From: Nitrosomonas europaea
GTDB lineage: Bacteria > Pseudomonadota > Gammaproteobacteria > Burkholderiales > Nitrosomonadaceae
Direction of reading: 5' to 3'
Assembly (NCBI RefSeq): GCF_900167395.1
Contig: NZ_FUWK01000005.1
Location: 1 to 32,000 of the forward strand
DNA length: 32,000 bases
Shown here: positions 19,655-30,300 of the stretch, in pieces
How positions within the stretch are numbered: position 1 is the first letter of the stretch
How the letters are laid out: each line of letters starts with the position of its first letter
The notes under the pieces: generated by a model
What the model was told of the DNA's origin: nothing
The model's input: the letters and a program-made list of their open reading frames with translations, nothing else
The model's database searches: none
Program-made: the position numbers and the translations under genes

Positions 19655-20680
19655 TCATCCCGGAATAGCATCCAGGCCACATAACGATGAAAAAAATTCT
19701 ATGATACGTTGTGGCAGCCAATCCAGTTTTCCCGGAAAAGTACCTTGTATGAAACCAACATGTCCTCCCTGCTGTGGAAATTCCAGTGAAACGAAGGAAG
19801 AAACCTCGGATTTTTGCGGCAACACGCTCTCGGGCAGGAACGGGTCGTTACGCGCATTGATCAGTAATGTCGGTACCTGAACCGATCCAAGCCATGGTTT
19901 GCTGCTGGACTGGCGCCAGTAATCGTCCGTATCCCGAAAACCATGCAGCGGTGCCGTCACCAGATTATCAAATTCATACAATGAGCGACAGGCTGCAACG
20001 GCTCTGGCATTCAGCAAGCCGGGAAATTGTCTGTTTTTCTCCAGTGCCTTGCGTTTGAGGGTAGTCAGAAAATGATGGGTGTAAACCCGGTTGAAACCGG
20101 AATCGAGTACCTTGCCTGCAGCTGCCAGATCGAGTGGAACCGAAACTGCAACGACCCCTGCAATCTGCCTGGCTGCTTGTGCGCCCTGCTCACCCAGCCA
20201 TTTCAGCAGTGCATTGCCTCCGAGAGAAACACCCACAACATAACAGGGGGTATTCCATTCATGTGAATCGTTCCGATGCGCTATGTGCCGCAGCATACGA
20301 TCGATTTCCATCGAATCACCGGCATGGTAAGCACGCGGAAGGCGATTGGAATATCCGGAACAGCCACGAAAATGAACGACGGCACCGCGCCAGCGCAACA
20401 TCTGCAGGAGATTCATCAGGCTCAGTGCGTAATGACTTTGCGAACTGCCTTCCAGACCATGTAGCATGATGACCAGCGGTTTATCCGATTCACCATCCAG
20501 CCAGTCGATATCGATGAAATCTCCATCATCCATTTCCCAGCGCTCGCGCCGGTAGCTGATAATCGGACTCAGATTGATAAAGTAAGGAAAAATGGTTTGC
20601 GCGTTACCGCCCGGCAGCCATTTGGGAGCACGATAAGATTCGAGCAATCCGGAATCGGACAGAAAAAAAGGGTCAGTCAT
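19655..20680 (-). CDS. Alpha/beta-fold hydrolase, YheT-like
   Basis: 341 aa. HGLEGS oxyanion region, HFRGCSG, and the nucleophile elbow GVSLGG. Confidence 0.85.
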   Translation of the reverse strand: MTDPFFLSDSGLLESYRAPKWLPGGNAQTIFPYFINLSPIISYRRERWEMDDGDFIDIDWLDGESDKPLVIMLHGLEGSSQSHYALSLMNLLQMLRWRGAVVHFRGCSGYSNRLPRAYHAGDSMEIDRMLRHIAHRNDSHEWNTPCYVVGVSLGGNALLKWLGEQGAQAARQIAGVVAVSVPLDLAAAGKVLDSGFNRVYTHHFLTTLKRKALEKNRQFPGLLNARAVAACRSLYEFDNLVTAPLHGFRDTDDYWRQSSSKPWLGSVQVPTLLINARNDPFLPESVLPQKSEVSSFVSLEFPQQGGHVGFIQGTFPGKLDWLPQRIIEFFSSLCGLDAIPG

Positions 20681-20727
20681 TGCAGATAATATAAAACCTT
20701 TTCAGGTGAATCCAGCCGGCCAGATCG

Positions 20728-21849
20728 TTACAGAATAACCAGGTTATCTCTGTGAATAAGTTCATATTCATCCACATAACCCAGCACAGCTTCAATCTGG
20801 CTGGTAGGACGACGCATGATCTTGCGTGATTCACGAGCATCGTAATTGATCAGGCCACGAGCGATTTCACGGCCGCTGGCATCGAGGCAGGATATGGCTT
20901 CTCCACGTTCAAATTCACCCTTTATCTCCACCACCCCGATGGGCAGCAGACTTTTACCTCCAGACAGCAATGCTCTGCTGGCCCCATCGTCCAGCACTAC
21001 ACTCCCCCGTACCTGGAGATGATCGGCCAGCCACAACTTGCGCGCCACCTTCACTGGCATATCCGCCAGCAGAATGGTTCCGATAGCCTCTCCACCTGCC
21101 AGACGAACCAGCACATCCTTCGCCCTGCCTGAAGCGATCACCGTATGCGCACCGCTGCGAGCAGCACGCCTGGCAGCCATTACCTTGCTTTGCATACCAC
21201 CGCGTCCGATGCTGCTGCCCGCCCCACCGGCCATGACTTCGATATCCGGATCGCTGACGCTGACTTCCGGGATCAGTCTGGCATCGGTATTTTTGCGCGG
21301 ATCGCCGGTAAAAAGACCTTCCTGGTCAGTCAGGATCACCAGCACTTCGGCTTCGATCAGATTGGCAACCAGTGCAGCCAGATTATCGTTGTCACCAAAC
21401 CGGATTTCATCGGAAACCACAGTATCGTTCTCATTGATGACCGGAATGATACCCAGATTCAGCAGCGTAAGAATGGTCGAACGGGCATTCAGATAGCGTT
21501 TACGACTCGACAGATCATCATGCGTCAGCAGAATCTGAGCCGTCTGTAATTCGTATTCACTGAAACAATCGGCATAGGCCTGGGCAAGCCCCATCTGCCC
21601 CACTGCCGCGGCAGCCTGCAGCTCATAAAGCGCCGCAGGACGCATTTTCCAGCCCAGACGCTGCATACCCTCGGCAACGGCGCCGGATGAAACCAGCACG
21701 ACTTCCTTGCCCATCTGTCTGAGCCGGGAAATCTGTCCGGCCCAGCCTCCCAGTGCACAGCGATCAAGACCGTGTCCTTCATTCGTCACCAGGCTGCTGC
21801 CAACTTTTACGACTATCCGGCGGGCGGATTGCAGAATCGATTGCGTCAT
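20728..21849 (-). CDS. proB: Glutamate 5-kinase with C-terminal PUA domain
   Basis: 373 aa. The N-terminus reads [12 protein letters not shown], with an amino-acid-kinase fold and a PUA domain at the C-terminus. Confidence 0.95.
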
Positions 21850-21854
21850 AAAAA

Positions 21855-22907
<1,053 letters not shown>

Positions 22908-22950
22908 TTAATTGCGGGCGGAGAATTTATTCCAGTAAAAAACTATAATC

Positions 22951-22989
22951 AAAGTAAAAAGCCCCATTCAGAAAATGGGGCTTTTCTCC
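22951..22989 (-). terminator. Rho-independent terminator between rpmA and obg
   Basis: An 8-bp stem GCCCCATT/AATGGGGC (22961-22981) with a 5-nt loop. On the minus strand it is followed by TTTTTACTTT. It starts about 30 nt after the rpmA stop. Confidence 0.7.
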
Positions 22990-23017
22990 AACTTGCACGG
23001 TCGGGCTGATCGGACGA

Positions 23018-23275
23018 TCAGGAGGGAATGACTGCAACTGTTCTCCGGTTCATCCGCCCTTTGACAGCAAAGACAATCTTACCATCCACTTTTGCAAACA
23101 GGGTATGGTCACGCCCGATCCCGACATTATCACCGGGATGGAACTGCGTGCCACGCTGACGTACGATGATTCCACCCGCCCGGATGATTTCACCACCATA
23201 GCGCTTCACACCCAACCGTTTGGAATGAGAGTCACGCCCGTTTCTGGAGCTGCCGCCCGCTTTCTTATGTGCCAT
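23018..23275 (-). CDS. rpmA: 50S ribosomal protein L27
   Basis: 85 aa, [24 protein letters not shown].... Confidence 0.97.
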   Translation of the reverse strand: MAHKKAGGSSRNGRDSHSKRLGVKRYGGEIIRAGGIIVRQRGTQFHPGDNVGIGRDHTLFAKVDGKIVFAVKGRMNRRTVAVIPS

Positions 23276-23287
23276 GAATCAATCTCC

Positions 23288-23599
23288 TTATGCAGAAATA
23301 CCGGTAATCTGAATTTCAGTATAATTCTGTCGGTGTCCCTGTTGTTTCCGATAATGCTTGCGGCGACGCATTTTGAATATGCGTATCTTGTCATGCCGCC
23401 CGTGACTGACCACAGTCGCGCTGACTTTTGCCTGATCGAGTAATGGCGCGCCAGCAGAAATCGCTTCACCATCCGCAATCATCAGAACCTGGTCCAGTTG
23501 AATATCACTTCCCACTTCTGCGGGCAGCGTTTCCACCTTCAGCTTATTCCCGACCTCAACCCGGTACTGTTTACCACCTGTCTTGATTACTGCGTACAT
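23288..23599 (-). CDS. rplU: 50S ribosomal protein L21
   Basis: 103 aa, [17 protein letters not shown].... An RBS GGGAG lies upstream. Confidence 0.97.
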   Translation of the reverse strand: MYAVIKTGGKQYRVEVGNKLKVETLPAEVGSDIQLDQVLMIADGEAISAGAPLLDQAKVSATVVSHGRHDKIRIFKMRRRKHYRKQQGHRQNYTEIQITGISA

Positions 23600-23624
23600 A
23601 TACGTCTCCCGTCCTAGAACCGCG

Positions 23625-23634
23625 CATTATAATG
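23625..23634. promoter_or_regulatory. Palindromic CATTATAATG giving a TATAAT hexamer on both strands (candidate rplU -10)
   Basis: The minus-strand TATAAT is at 23626-23631, 27 nt upstream of the rplU ATG. It is flanked by CCGCG/CGCGG arms. The -35 is poor. Confidence 0.3.
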
Positions 23635-23748
23635 ATATCCGCGGATTTTGTGTAATAAATTCAAGTAACACGGCATACTCGTCAAACATTCGCTCCGGCT
23701 TTGATCGAGTCTGCCCTGCCGCAGACAGAATCTGCTGGCCCTGGTCAA

Positions 23749-23757
23749 TGCTATAAT
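23749..23757 (+). promoter_or_regulatory. Extended -10 element TGcTATAAT upstream of gshA
   Basis: A perfect TGnTATAAT motif lies 34 nt upstream of ATG 23791. No convincing -35 is present, which extended -10 promoters tolerate. Confidence 0.4.
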
Positions 23758-23790
23758 CAGCCGGTTTATTTCCAAGTTTACGGATATCTC

Positions 23791-25092
23791 ATGCCGGTAC
23801 CCCACCTCACCCATGCACTGAACGCACCCACCCTGGATCTGGAAAAACGCATCCTGGCTGCCAAACCGACGATCGAGCACTGGTTCCGCAAACAATGGCA
23901 GCATCACACCGTGCCGTTCTACTGCTCGGTAGATTTGCGCAACAGCGGTTTCAAACTGGCACCGGTCGATACCAATCTGTTTCCCGGCGGATTCAACAAC
24001 CTCAACCCGACTTTCATTCCGCTGTGCATTCAGGCAATGATGATCGCTGTCGAAAAAATCTGTCCGAATGCACACAATGTTCTCCTGATTCCGGAGAACC
24101 ACACCCGCAATGTCTTTTATCTGCAGAACATCGCCATGCTGCAATCCATCATGCAGCAGGCAGGAATGAACATTCGTATCGGCTCGTTGCTGCCCGATCT
24201 TGACCAACCCCTGCCTGTCCTGCTACCCAATGGTGATTCCCTGTTGCTGGAACCGGTACAGCGTGAAGGAAACAGACTGTTTACCCGGGATTTCGACCCC
24301 TGTGCCATCCTTCTGAATAATGACCTGTCTGGCGGCATACCTGAAATTCTGCAAAATCTGGAACAGATCATCATTCCACCCCTTCATGCAGGCTGGGCCA
24401 CTCGCCGCAAATCCTGGCATTTCAGTGCCTATGACAATGTGGCGCAGGATTTCGCCGATCTGATAGGCATCGATCCCTGGCTCATCAACCCTTATTTCAT
24501 TTCTTGCGGAAAAGTCGATTTTCATGAAAAAGAGGGTCTGGATTGTGTCGCGGCCGGCGTAAACGAAATTCTGCATCTGATCAGAGAAAAATATGCCCAG
24601 TACGGGATCAGTGAAAAACCGTTCGTCATCTGCAAGGCAGACTCGGGCACTTACGGCATGGGTATCATGAGTATCAAGGACGGCGCCGAGCTCTATAAAC
24701 TCAACCGCAAGCAGCGCAACAAAATGGCAACCATCAAGGAAGGACTCGTTGTCAAGAACGTGCTGGTACAAGAAGGGGTACACACGTTCGAAAGTATCCA
24801 TCAGGCTGTAGCCGAACCCGTTATCTACATGATCGATCGCCATGTAGTAGGTGGATTCTACCGGGTACATACCGGCCGGGGGATCGATGAAAACCTGAAT
24901 GCACCGGGCATGCACTTCGTACCACTGGCCTTTGACACCACCTGTATGCAGACAGACCCCACTGCCCGGCCGGATGCCGCCCCCAATCGTTTCTATACTT
25001 ATGGTGTCATCGCCAGACTGGCACTACTTGCCTCAGCCATCGAGCTGGAACGGTATCTGCAAACACCCCTGCCTGTATTGGCGGAAGTCTGA
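23791..25092 (+). CDS. gshA: Glutamate--cysteine ligase (ATP-grasp-like proteobacterial type)
   Basis: I prefer ATG 23791 (433 aa, MPVPHLTHALNAP...) to the track start at 23701. The block YCSVDLRNSGFKLAPVDTNLFPGGFNN is characteristic of this type as I recall it. The stop overlaps the gshB ATG (TGATG). Confidence 0.8.
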   Translation: MPVPHLTHALNAPTLDLEKRILAAKPTIEHWFRKQWQHHTVPFYCSVDLRNSGFKLAPVDTNLFPGGFNNLNPTFIPLCIQAMMIAVEKICPNAHNVLLIPENHTRNVFYLQNIAMLQSIMQQAGMNIRIGSLLPDLDQPLPVLLPNGDSLLLEPVQREGNRLFTRDFDPCAILLNNDLSGGIPEILQNLEQIIIPPLHAGWATRRKSWHFSAYDNVAQDFADLIGIDPWLINPYFISCGKVDFHEKEGLDCVAAGVNEILHLIREKYAQYGISEKPFVICKADSGTYGMGIMSIKDGAELYKLNRKQRNKMATIKEGLVVKNVLVQEGVHTFESIHQAVAEPVIYMIDRHVVGGFYRVHTGRGIDENLNAPGMHFVPLAFDTTCMQTDPTARPDAAPNRFYTYGVIARLALLASAIELERYLQTPLPVLAEV

Positions 25093-26054
25093 TGAAACTG
25101 GCTTTCATCCTGGATCCGCTCGACAGTATCAAAATCGGCAAGGATTCGAGCTACGCCATGATGCGTGAGGCCGCAGTCCGTCACCATCAGCTGTATACCC
25201 TGCAACAGAATGATCTGGCGTGGAAAGATCATCAGGTCATCGGCTTCGCACGACCGCTGACACTCCTCGATCCGCCGGAAGGTGACCACCGCTGGTATGA
25301 AGAAGGTGCCATCGAAGAAATTCCGCTGTCCGGGTTTGATGCTGTGCTCATGCGAAAGGACCCTCCTTTCGATACCGAATATATCTACAGCACCTACTTG
25401 CTCGAACTGGCTGAACGCCAGGGTGCCTATGTCGTGAACAGCCCGCGAGGAATTCGTGACCACAACGAAAAACTGGCGATTACCGAATTTCCCCGATTCA
25501 CGCCCCCCTCACTGGTAACCAGCCAGGAACAACTGATTCTCGAGTTTCTGGCCGAACATGAGGACATCATCCTAAAACCCCTGGATGGTATGGGAGGCGC
25601 CGGTATTTTCCGTATCCAGAATACCGACCATAACATTGGCGTCATCATCGAGACACTGACACGCTACGGTACGCGCACCATCATGGCACAGCGCTTTCTG
25701 CCGGAAATCCGGGAAGGCGACAAACGCATATTGCTGATTGCGGGAAGACCAGTCGATTATGCACTCGCACGCATCCCAAAACCGGGGGAAACACGCGGCA
25801 ACCTGGCAGCCGGCGGGACGGGTGTGGCACGACCGCTATCAGCCCGTGACAGGGAAATTGCCGAAGAACTGGGACAGATACTCTATGCGCGTGGCCTGAT
25901 GCTGGTAGGGCTGGATGTCATCGGCAACCATCTGACGGAAATAAACGTCACCAGCCCGACCGGCATGCGAGAAATCTCCGATCAGACCGGAACGAACGTT
26001 GCGGGACTAATGATCGATGCGCTGGAACAGAACATTGCCAGGAAAAACCGGTAA
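25092..26054 (+). CDS. gshB: Glutathione synthetase
   Basis: 320 aa. The N-terminus reads MKLAFILDPLDSIKIGKDSSYAMM, followed by an ATP-grasp domain (ILKPLDGMGGAGIF, NLAAGG, EINVTSPTG). Confidence 0.95.
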   Translation: MKLAFILDPLDSIKIGKDSSYAMMREAAVRHHQLYTLQQNDLAWKDHQVIGFARPLTLLDPPEGDHRWYEEGAIEEIPLSGFDAVLMRKDPPFDTEYIYSTYLLELAERQGAYVVNSPRGIRDHNEKLAITEFPRFTPPSLVTSQEQLILEFLAEHEDIILKPLDGMGGAGIFRIQNTDHNIGVIIETLTRYGTRTIMAQRFLPEIREGDKRILLIAGRPVDYALARIPKPGETRGNLAAGGTGVARPLSARDREIAEELGQILYARGLMLVGLDVIGNHLTEINVTSPTGMREISDQTGTNVAGLMIDALEQNIARKNR

Positions 26055-26077
26055 AAATATCGCACGGCACTAAACAG

Positions 26078-26818
26078 CTAATCTCCAACCGGGCCGCGCG
26101 CCAGATCAACCATTTTTCTCAATCTCTCGACATCGAGCACGCGCAATTCATGGCCCGTCCGCTGAATCAGCCGGTTCCTGGCAAGTTCACTCAATTCACG
26201 GGTAACGGCTTCGCGGTGGGTGCTGACAAAACACGCCAGCTCGGCATGTGTCGGGGCAGGCTTGATAATGGCCGTATTCGGAGAATCCATGTGCTGCCTT
26301 GCAAGTCTCAGCAGTTCTGCATGGATGCGATTACGCACCGCCAGCGTACTGAAATCGAAGACCCGTTCAGTCAGACGGCGCACCTGGCCTGCCAGACGCT
26401 GCATGATCGCCATGCAGAATACCGGGCTCTCATGCACCAGCCGTATGAACGCCTGGTTTGACATGACCGCCAGCAAAGAATCAGATCGGGCAACGACCGT
26501 AGCAGATCTCGGCTGACCATCGATTGCCGTCAGCTCACCGAAAAACTCCCCTTGCGATAAATCGCACAGAATCACTTCATCACCGGAATAACCGAAGTAA
26601 TGAATCCGCACACCACCTTCAAGCACAAAAAACACATTGTCACTATGATCGAGGTAACGAACGATCTCTTCTCCAGCAAGAAAATGCTGCATTTGCAGAA
26701 GCTGCGCCACCATCTCCAGATCTGAAGCGGAAAAATCCCTGAATTCTCTGATGACTGTCAGTTGAGTACCGGTTACCTCTCTGGATTGATTGTAAAAATC
26801 ATTGGCATAAGTACTCAT
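26078..26818 (-). CDS. Crp/Fnr-family transcription regulator with cNMP-binding domain
   Basis: I prefer ATG 26818, which is preceded by GGGAG at 8 nt, giving 246 aa. The phosphate-binding cassette FFGELTAIDGQPRSATVVA is present. The C-terminal HTH has recognition helix REAVTR, with the same R-E-x-x-x-R spacing as E. coli CRP RETVGR. Confidence 0.9.
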   Translation of the reverse strand: MSTYANDFYNQSREVTGTQLTVIREFRDFSASDLEMVAQLLQMQHFLAGEEIVRYLDHSDNVFFVLEGGVRIHYFGYSGDEVILCDLSQGEFFGELTAIDGQPRSATVVARSDSLLAVMSNQAFIRLVHESPVFCMAIMQRLAGQVRRLTERVFDFSTLAVRNRIHAELLRLARQHMDSPNTAIIKPAPTHAELACFVSTHREAVTRELSELARNRLIQRTGHELRVLDVERLRKMVDLARGPVGD

Positions 26819-26880
26819 ACTCACCACTCCCTATGAGGCCTGTTGCGCGAATAGCTTCGATCATACGATCCTGCCGCAAA

Positions 26881-27300
26881 TTACCAGGGGATACAGTAAA
26901 CTTGTCCGCGGAATACCAATACTGACCTGCAGTTATCATCTCCAGCATAGGCATCTGTGCTGCCGCTCCCTAATTGCAGCATCAGTTCTTTTATACTTGA
27001 ACCCGCTCCGGCTGTCATCCCTGCAAGCCCTTTACCATAAAAAACCAGATCAGCTTGTTCACCATCTTTCTTTTTGATGACAAGCACCCCCTCTGTTCTT
27101 TCAGAATCCAATTCGTTCCTGGTTAGCGTTTCCAGGTTCTTAACTGTCAGATCCTGTTTTTCATAGGATACGACCTTTACCGGAATACCCGTCTGGCTTA
27201 ATTTAAACAGGTAAGCCAGGATTATTACCAACAGTATGATATTAACAAGAAAACTGATTCTGTATCTGGTCAGTAATCCTTCCCGATCATGAGTTCCCAT
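26881..27300 (-). CDS. Small bitopic hypothetical protein (N-terminal TM anchor, ~95-aa extracytoplasmic part)
   Basis: ATG 27300 is preceded by GGGAGA. The track start, TTG 27312, lies 1 nt after the upstream TAA. The TM helix is ISFLVNIILLVIILAYLF. The C-terminus ...CRSVLVFRGQVYCIPW has two Cys residues. No family is recognised. Confidence 0.6.
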   Translation of the reverse strand: MGTHDREGLLTRYRISFLVNIILLVIILAYLFKLSQTGIPVKVVSYEKQDLTVKNLETLTRNELDSERTEGVLVIKKKDGEQADLVFYGKGLAGMTAGAGSSIKELMLQLGSGSTDAYAGDDNCRSVLVFRGQVYCIPW

Positions 27301-27313
27301 CGTATCTCCCAAG

Positions 27314-30300
27314 TTAAAAGTTCAAGGTTATTCTGGCAAACAACGTCCGTTCAGGTATATATCTGGGCAAAGCCGGCTCCGACAGATAAAGATACTGATT
27401 CCGGTAGTAGAAATGTTTATTCAGTAGATTTCTGACTTCAAAACTCAGCAATCCTTTGCGTTTGGGCAATCTGTACCCTGCAACCATATCCAGCAGAAAA
27501 AAATTGGAATCCTTCTTCTCAATCCAGCCAAGCCATGTATCTTCGTCAAATCGCGCCCATTTTACATCCTGCATGACATAAGTGCCGGTCAGCTTCGCCC
27601 AGAATCCATTCTGGTCAAAATAGCTCACACTGATCGGCGCTCTCAATGTATGAATATTCGTAGGCAAATCTGCATATCTTTCCTTTCTATCGAATTTCTC
27701 GTATTCAGGTTCGATCGCAACAACCCAGTTCGGGCGAAACGTGCCATAAACATAGCCCCGGAGTAATTGTTCTTTCTGCTTATCCCAATAATAATCCCTG
27801 TCCGACACACCCAGCTCAGGAATTACCGGCACATCCAGATCACGCTCGGATACCTCCACTCCGCCATAAACGGCATTGGCAAAATGAATATCCAGCCCGA
27901 CTGCCTTATGTCGTGATTTCGTTCCGGTCATTTCATCATAGAATTGATTAAATCCGGCGATCTGGGTCGGCTCGATTGTCGCCTGACCAATCAGATCCCG
28001 CTTCAGCGCTTCAAACCAGGCCATACGCAAACGAACATTTTTGTGGAAATCTACCTGCAGTCCAATTTTGGGATCAAATTCACTGACTTTTCGATTGATT
28101 CCTCCAGCATCATTGGAATAGGCTTGATAACTGAAACCCAGCGTGGCCATCACATTTTTGAGTATATTCAGATTCGAATACAGATACGCAACATTCTGTT
28201 CCTTATCCGCTTTGGACTTCTCACATCCCATCATCATACAAATCAGCGGTTCGGTATTTTTTCTGAAATCATTCGTCAGATTGGTCCGGTAAATACCACC
28301 ACCAGTAATCACATTCACCCGATCCTTGCGAAGAATATGTTGTGCTTCAACCTGGTAACCATGGCTGCGCTGATCCCCATAAAACGGGAAATCACTACCC
28401 AGATCTTCTATTACATCAGCATCCTGGTGCGTATAAATCGTCGAGAATAGAAAATTCTGCCGAGGTGAAATCCGGTACATCGCCCCTATACGCGCCGTAT
28501 CTTCTTCGAGATTCAAGCGCGCTACCTCGGAAAATTTCTTTGGATCAAAATCCATCAGCAAATCCCCGTGCTTCTTTTCCCGCCGGCGCAACTCTGCCTG
28601 AACATTCAAATCCGGTGTAACCGCATACTGCACGAAAGCATTATAGATATTATGCGTCTGGTCATTGTTGGGCCGGAATCCATCGGTCTGATAATGAAAC
28701 TGCCCCACACTGACCGAAGCCCGGTCATACACGCCGGACACAACGACTTCATCCCCCAGCGCACCATGATTGCCAACTACACCGGAGGCCACCAGTTGCG
28801 CCTTATTGCGCTCCATCAGTGGTGCGAATTCGTTGAACCCCGGTGCTGAGGGGCCTGTACCGGTAATGAGATTGAGGTCAGCTACCGCCATTCTGGGCTG
28901 TACCGGATTGACGTTGACTGGCTGCAGCAGTTGAGCCTGCAGCAGTTCGCTCACCCGCGCGATTTCGTGGCGCGGAACATTGGCATAAGCATCGGACAGA
29001 AACCGGTGCGCGGAATGACTGGCCGGATCAAAGCTCAGCGACTTGGCCGTTTCCATCAGAGCACGTTTTTCAAACCCGAGATTGTCATAAATCCGTGCCA
29101 GGCTGGAACCGCGCGCTGCCTGATCCTGATCCAGCAGCAGTTGCGAACGGTACACCGCACGATTATCGTTCAGCTCAATTGATTTCTGGACATCGCGCAA
29201 CGCTTCCACTGGCCGGTTCTGGGTCTGTTTCTGGATCGCATCGTACAACCAGGGAGTGGGATCGTTCGGGTCGCGTGCTTTGGCCAGATCAAACTGGGTG
29301 CCGGCCAGCGGATAGCGCTTTTCTTCGAAATAGGCTTTCCCGAGATAACTGCGGATCAGCGAATTCGCCGGATCCAGGCTGGCTGCCGTTTCGATATCGA
29401 TACGTCCGGCTTCGAGTTTATTCTCACGTATCCGGGCAATCCCGATCCCCAACCGGGGCATAGGATCAGCCTGATCGAGCACGGTCGCCCGGGCAAAAGC
29501 TACCTGCGCCCGGTGAGTATCAATCTGCAGAAGATGGGCAAAACCCAAAACGGTTTGTGTCCTGCTCAGATCAGGGTCGAGGCTGACAGCTCGTTCGGCT
29601 GACTGCAACGCATGGTCGGATTTCCCGGCAGACATCTGCAATTCTGCCAGGCGTGCCCAGGCCAGGGCATTTTGCGAATCGAGCCGGACAGCCTCCTCCG
29701 CACTGGCCAAGGCTGTTTCGATCTGAAAATTCGCTTGCTGCGCATAAGAAAGTGCCAGCTTTGCTGCAGATGAAGCCGGATTATTTCTGACAGCCTGTCC
29801 AGCCAGTGCCAGTGCTTCCTGCTTACGATTCTGTACCACGAATATCATTGCATGCAATGCCAGTGCATCACTGTTACCGGGTTCAAGCTGCTCTGTTCGT
29901 TGCAGATCCGATAAGGCTTCCTTTACCCGACCGGTGGTCAGCAACAGCTCGGAGCGAAGAATCAGAGCATCTACCGTCAATTCTTCGGCCAGCAGATGAT
30001 CCAGTTCAGCCAGTGCTTCTGCCAGCTTGCCCTGCCGATACTGTTCGATTACATGATGCACCGCAGGTGATTGCTGATTTTCATGACCTGATCGGGAGTA
30101 CAAATCAATCAGCATTGGATAGTGCAACGCCCACTGCACTGCATCGAGCGGGTGCACCATGACGGTCTTTCGGGCAGGCTGATTTTCCTGAAAAACCGCA
30201 GCCTCCTGATTTGCCAGAATCAGATTATCCTGATCACTACCAGCCTTAACCCGGCCTTCATAAACCGCGATCGTTACGCTGGGAGACGAGTCATCCTCGC

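Noticed and set aside
23701-23790. N-terminal extension of gshA in the ORF track (start at 23701).
   Set aside because: The extension begins with a non-ATG codon and would put the TGcTATAAT promoter element inside the gene. ATG 23791 gives the expected length of about 430 aa.
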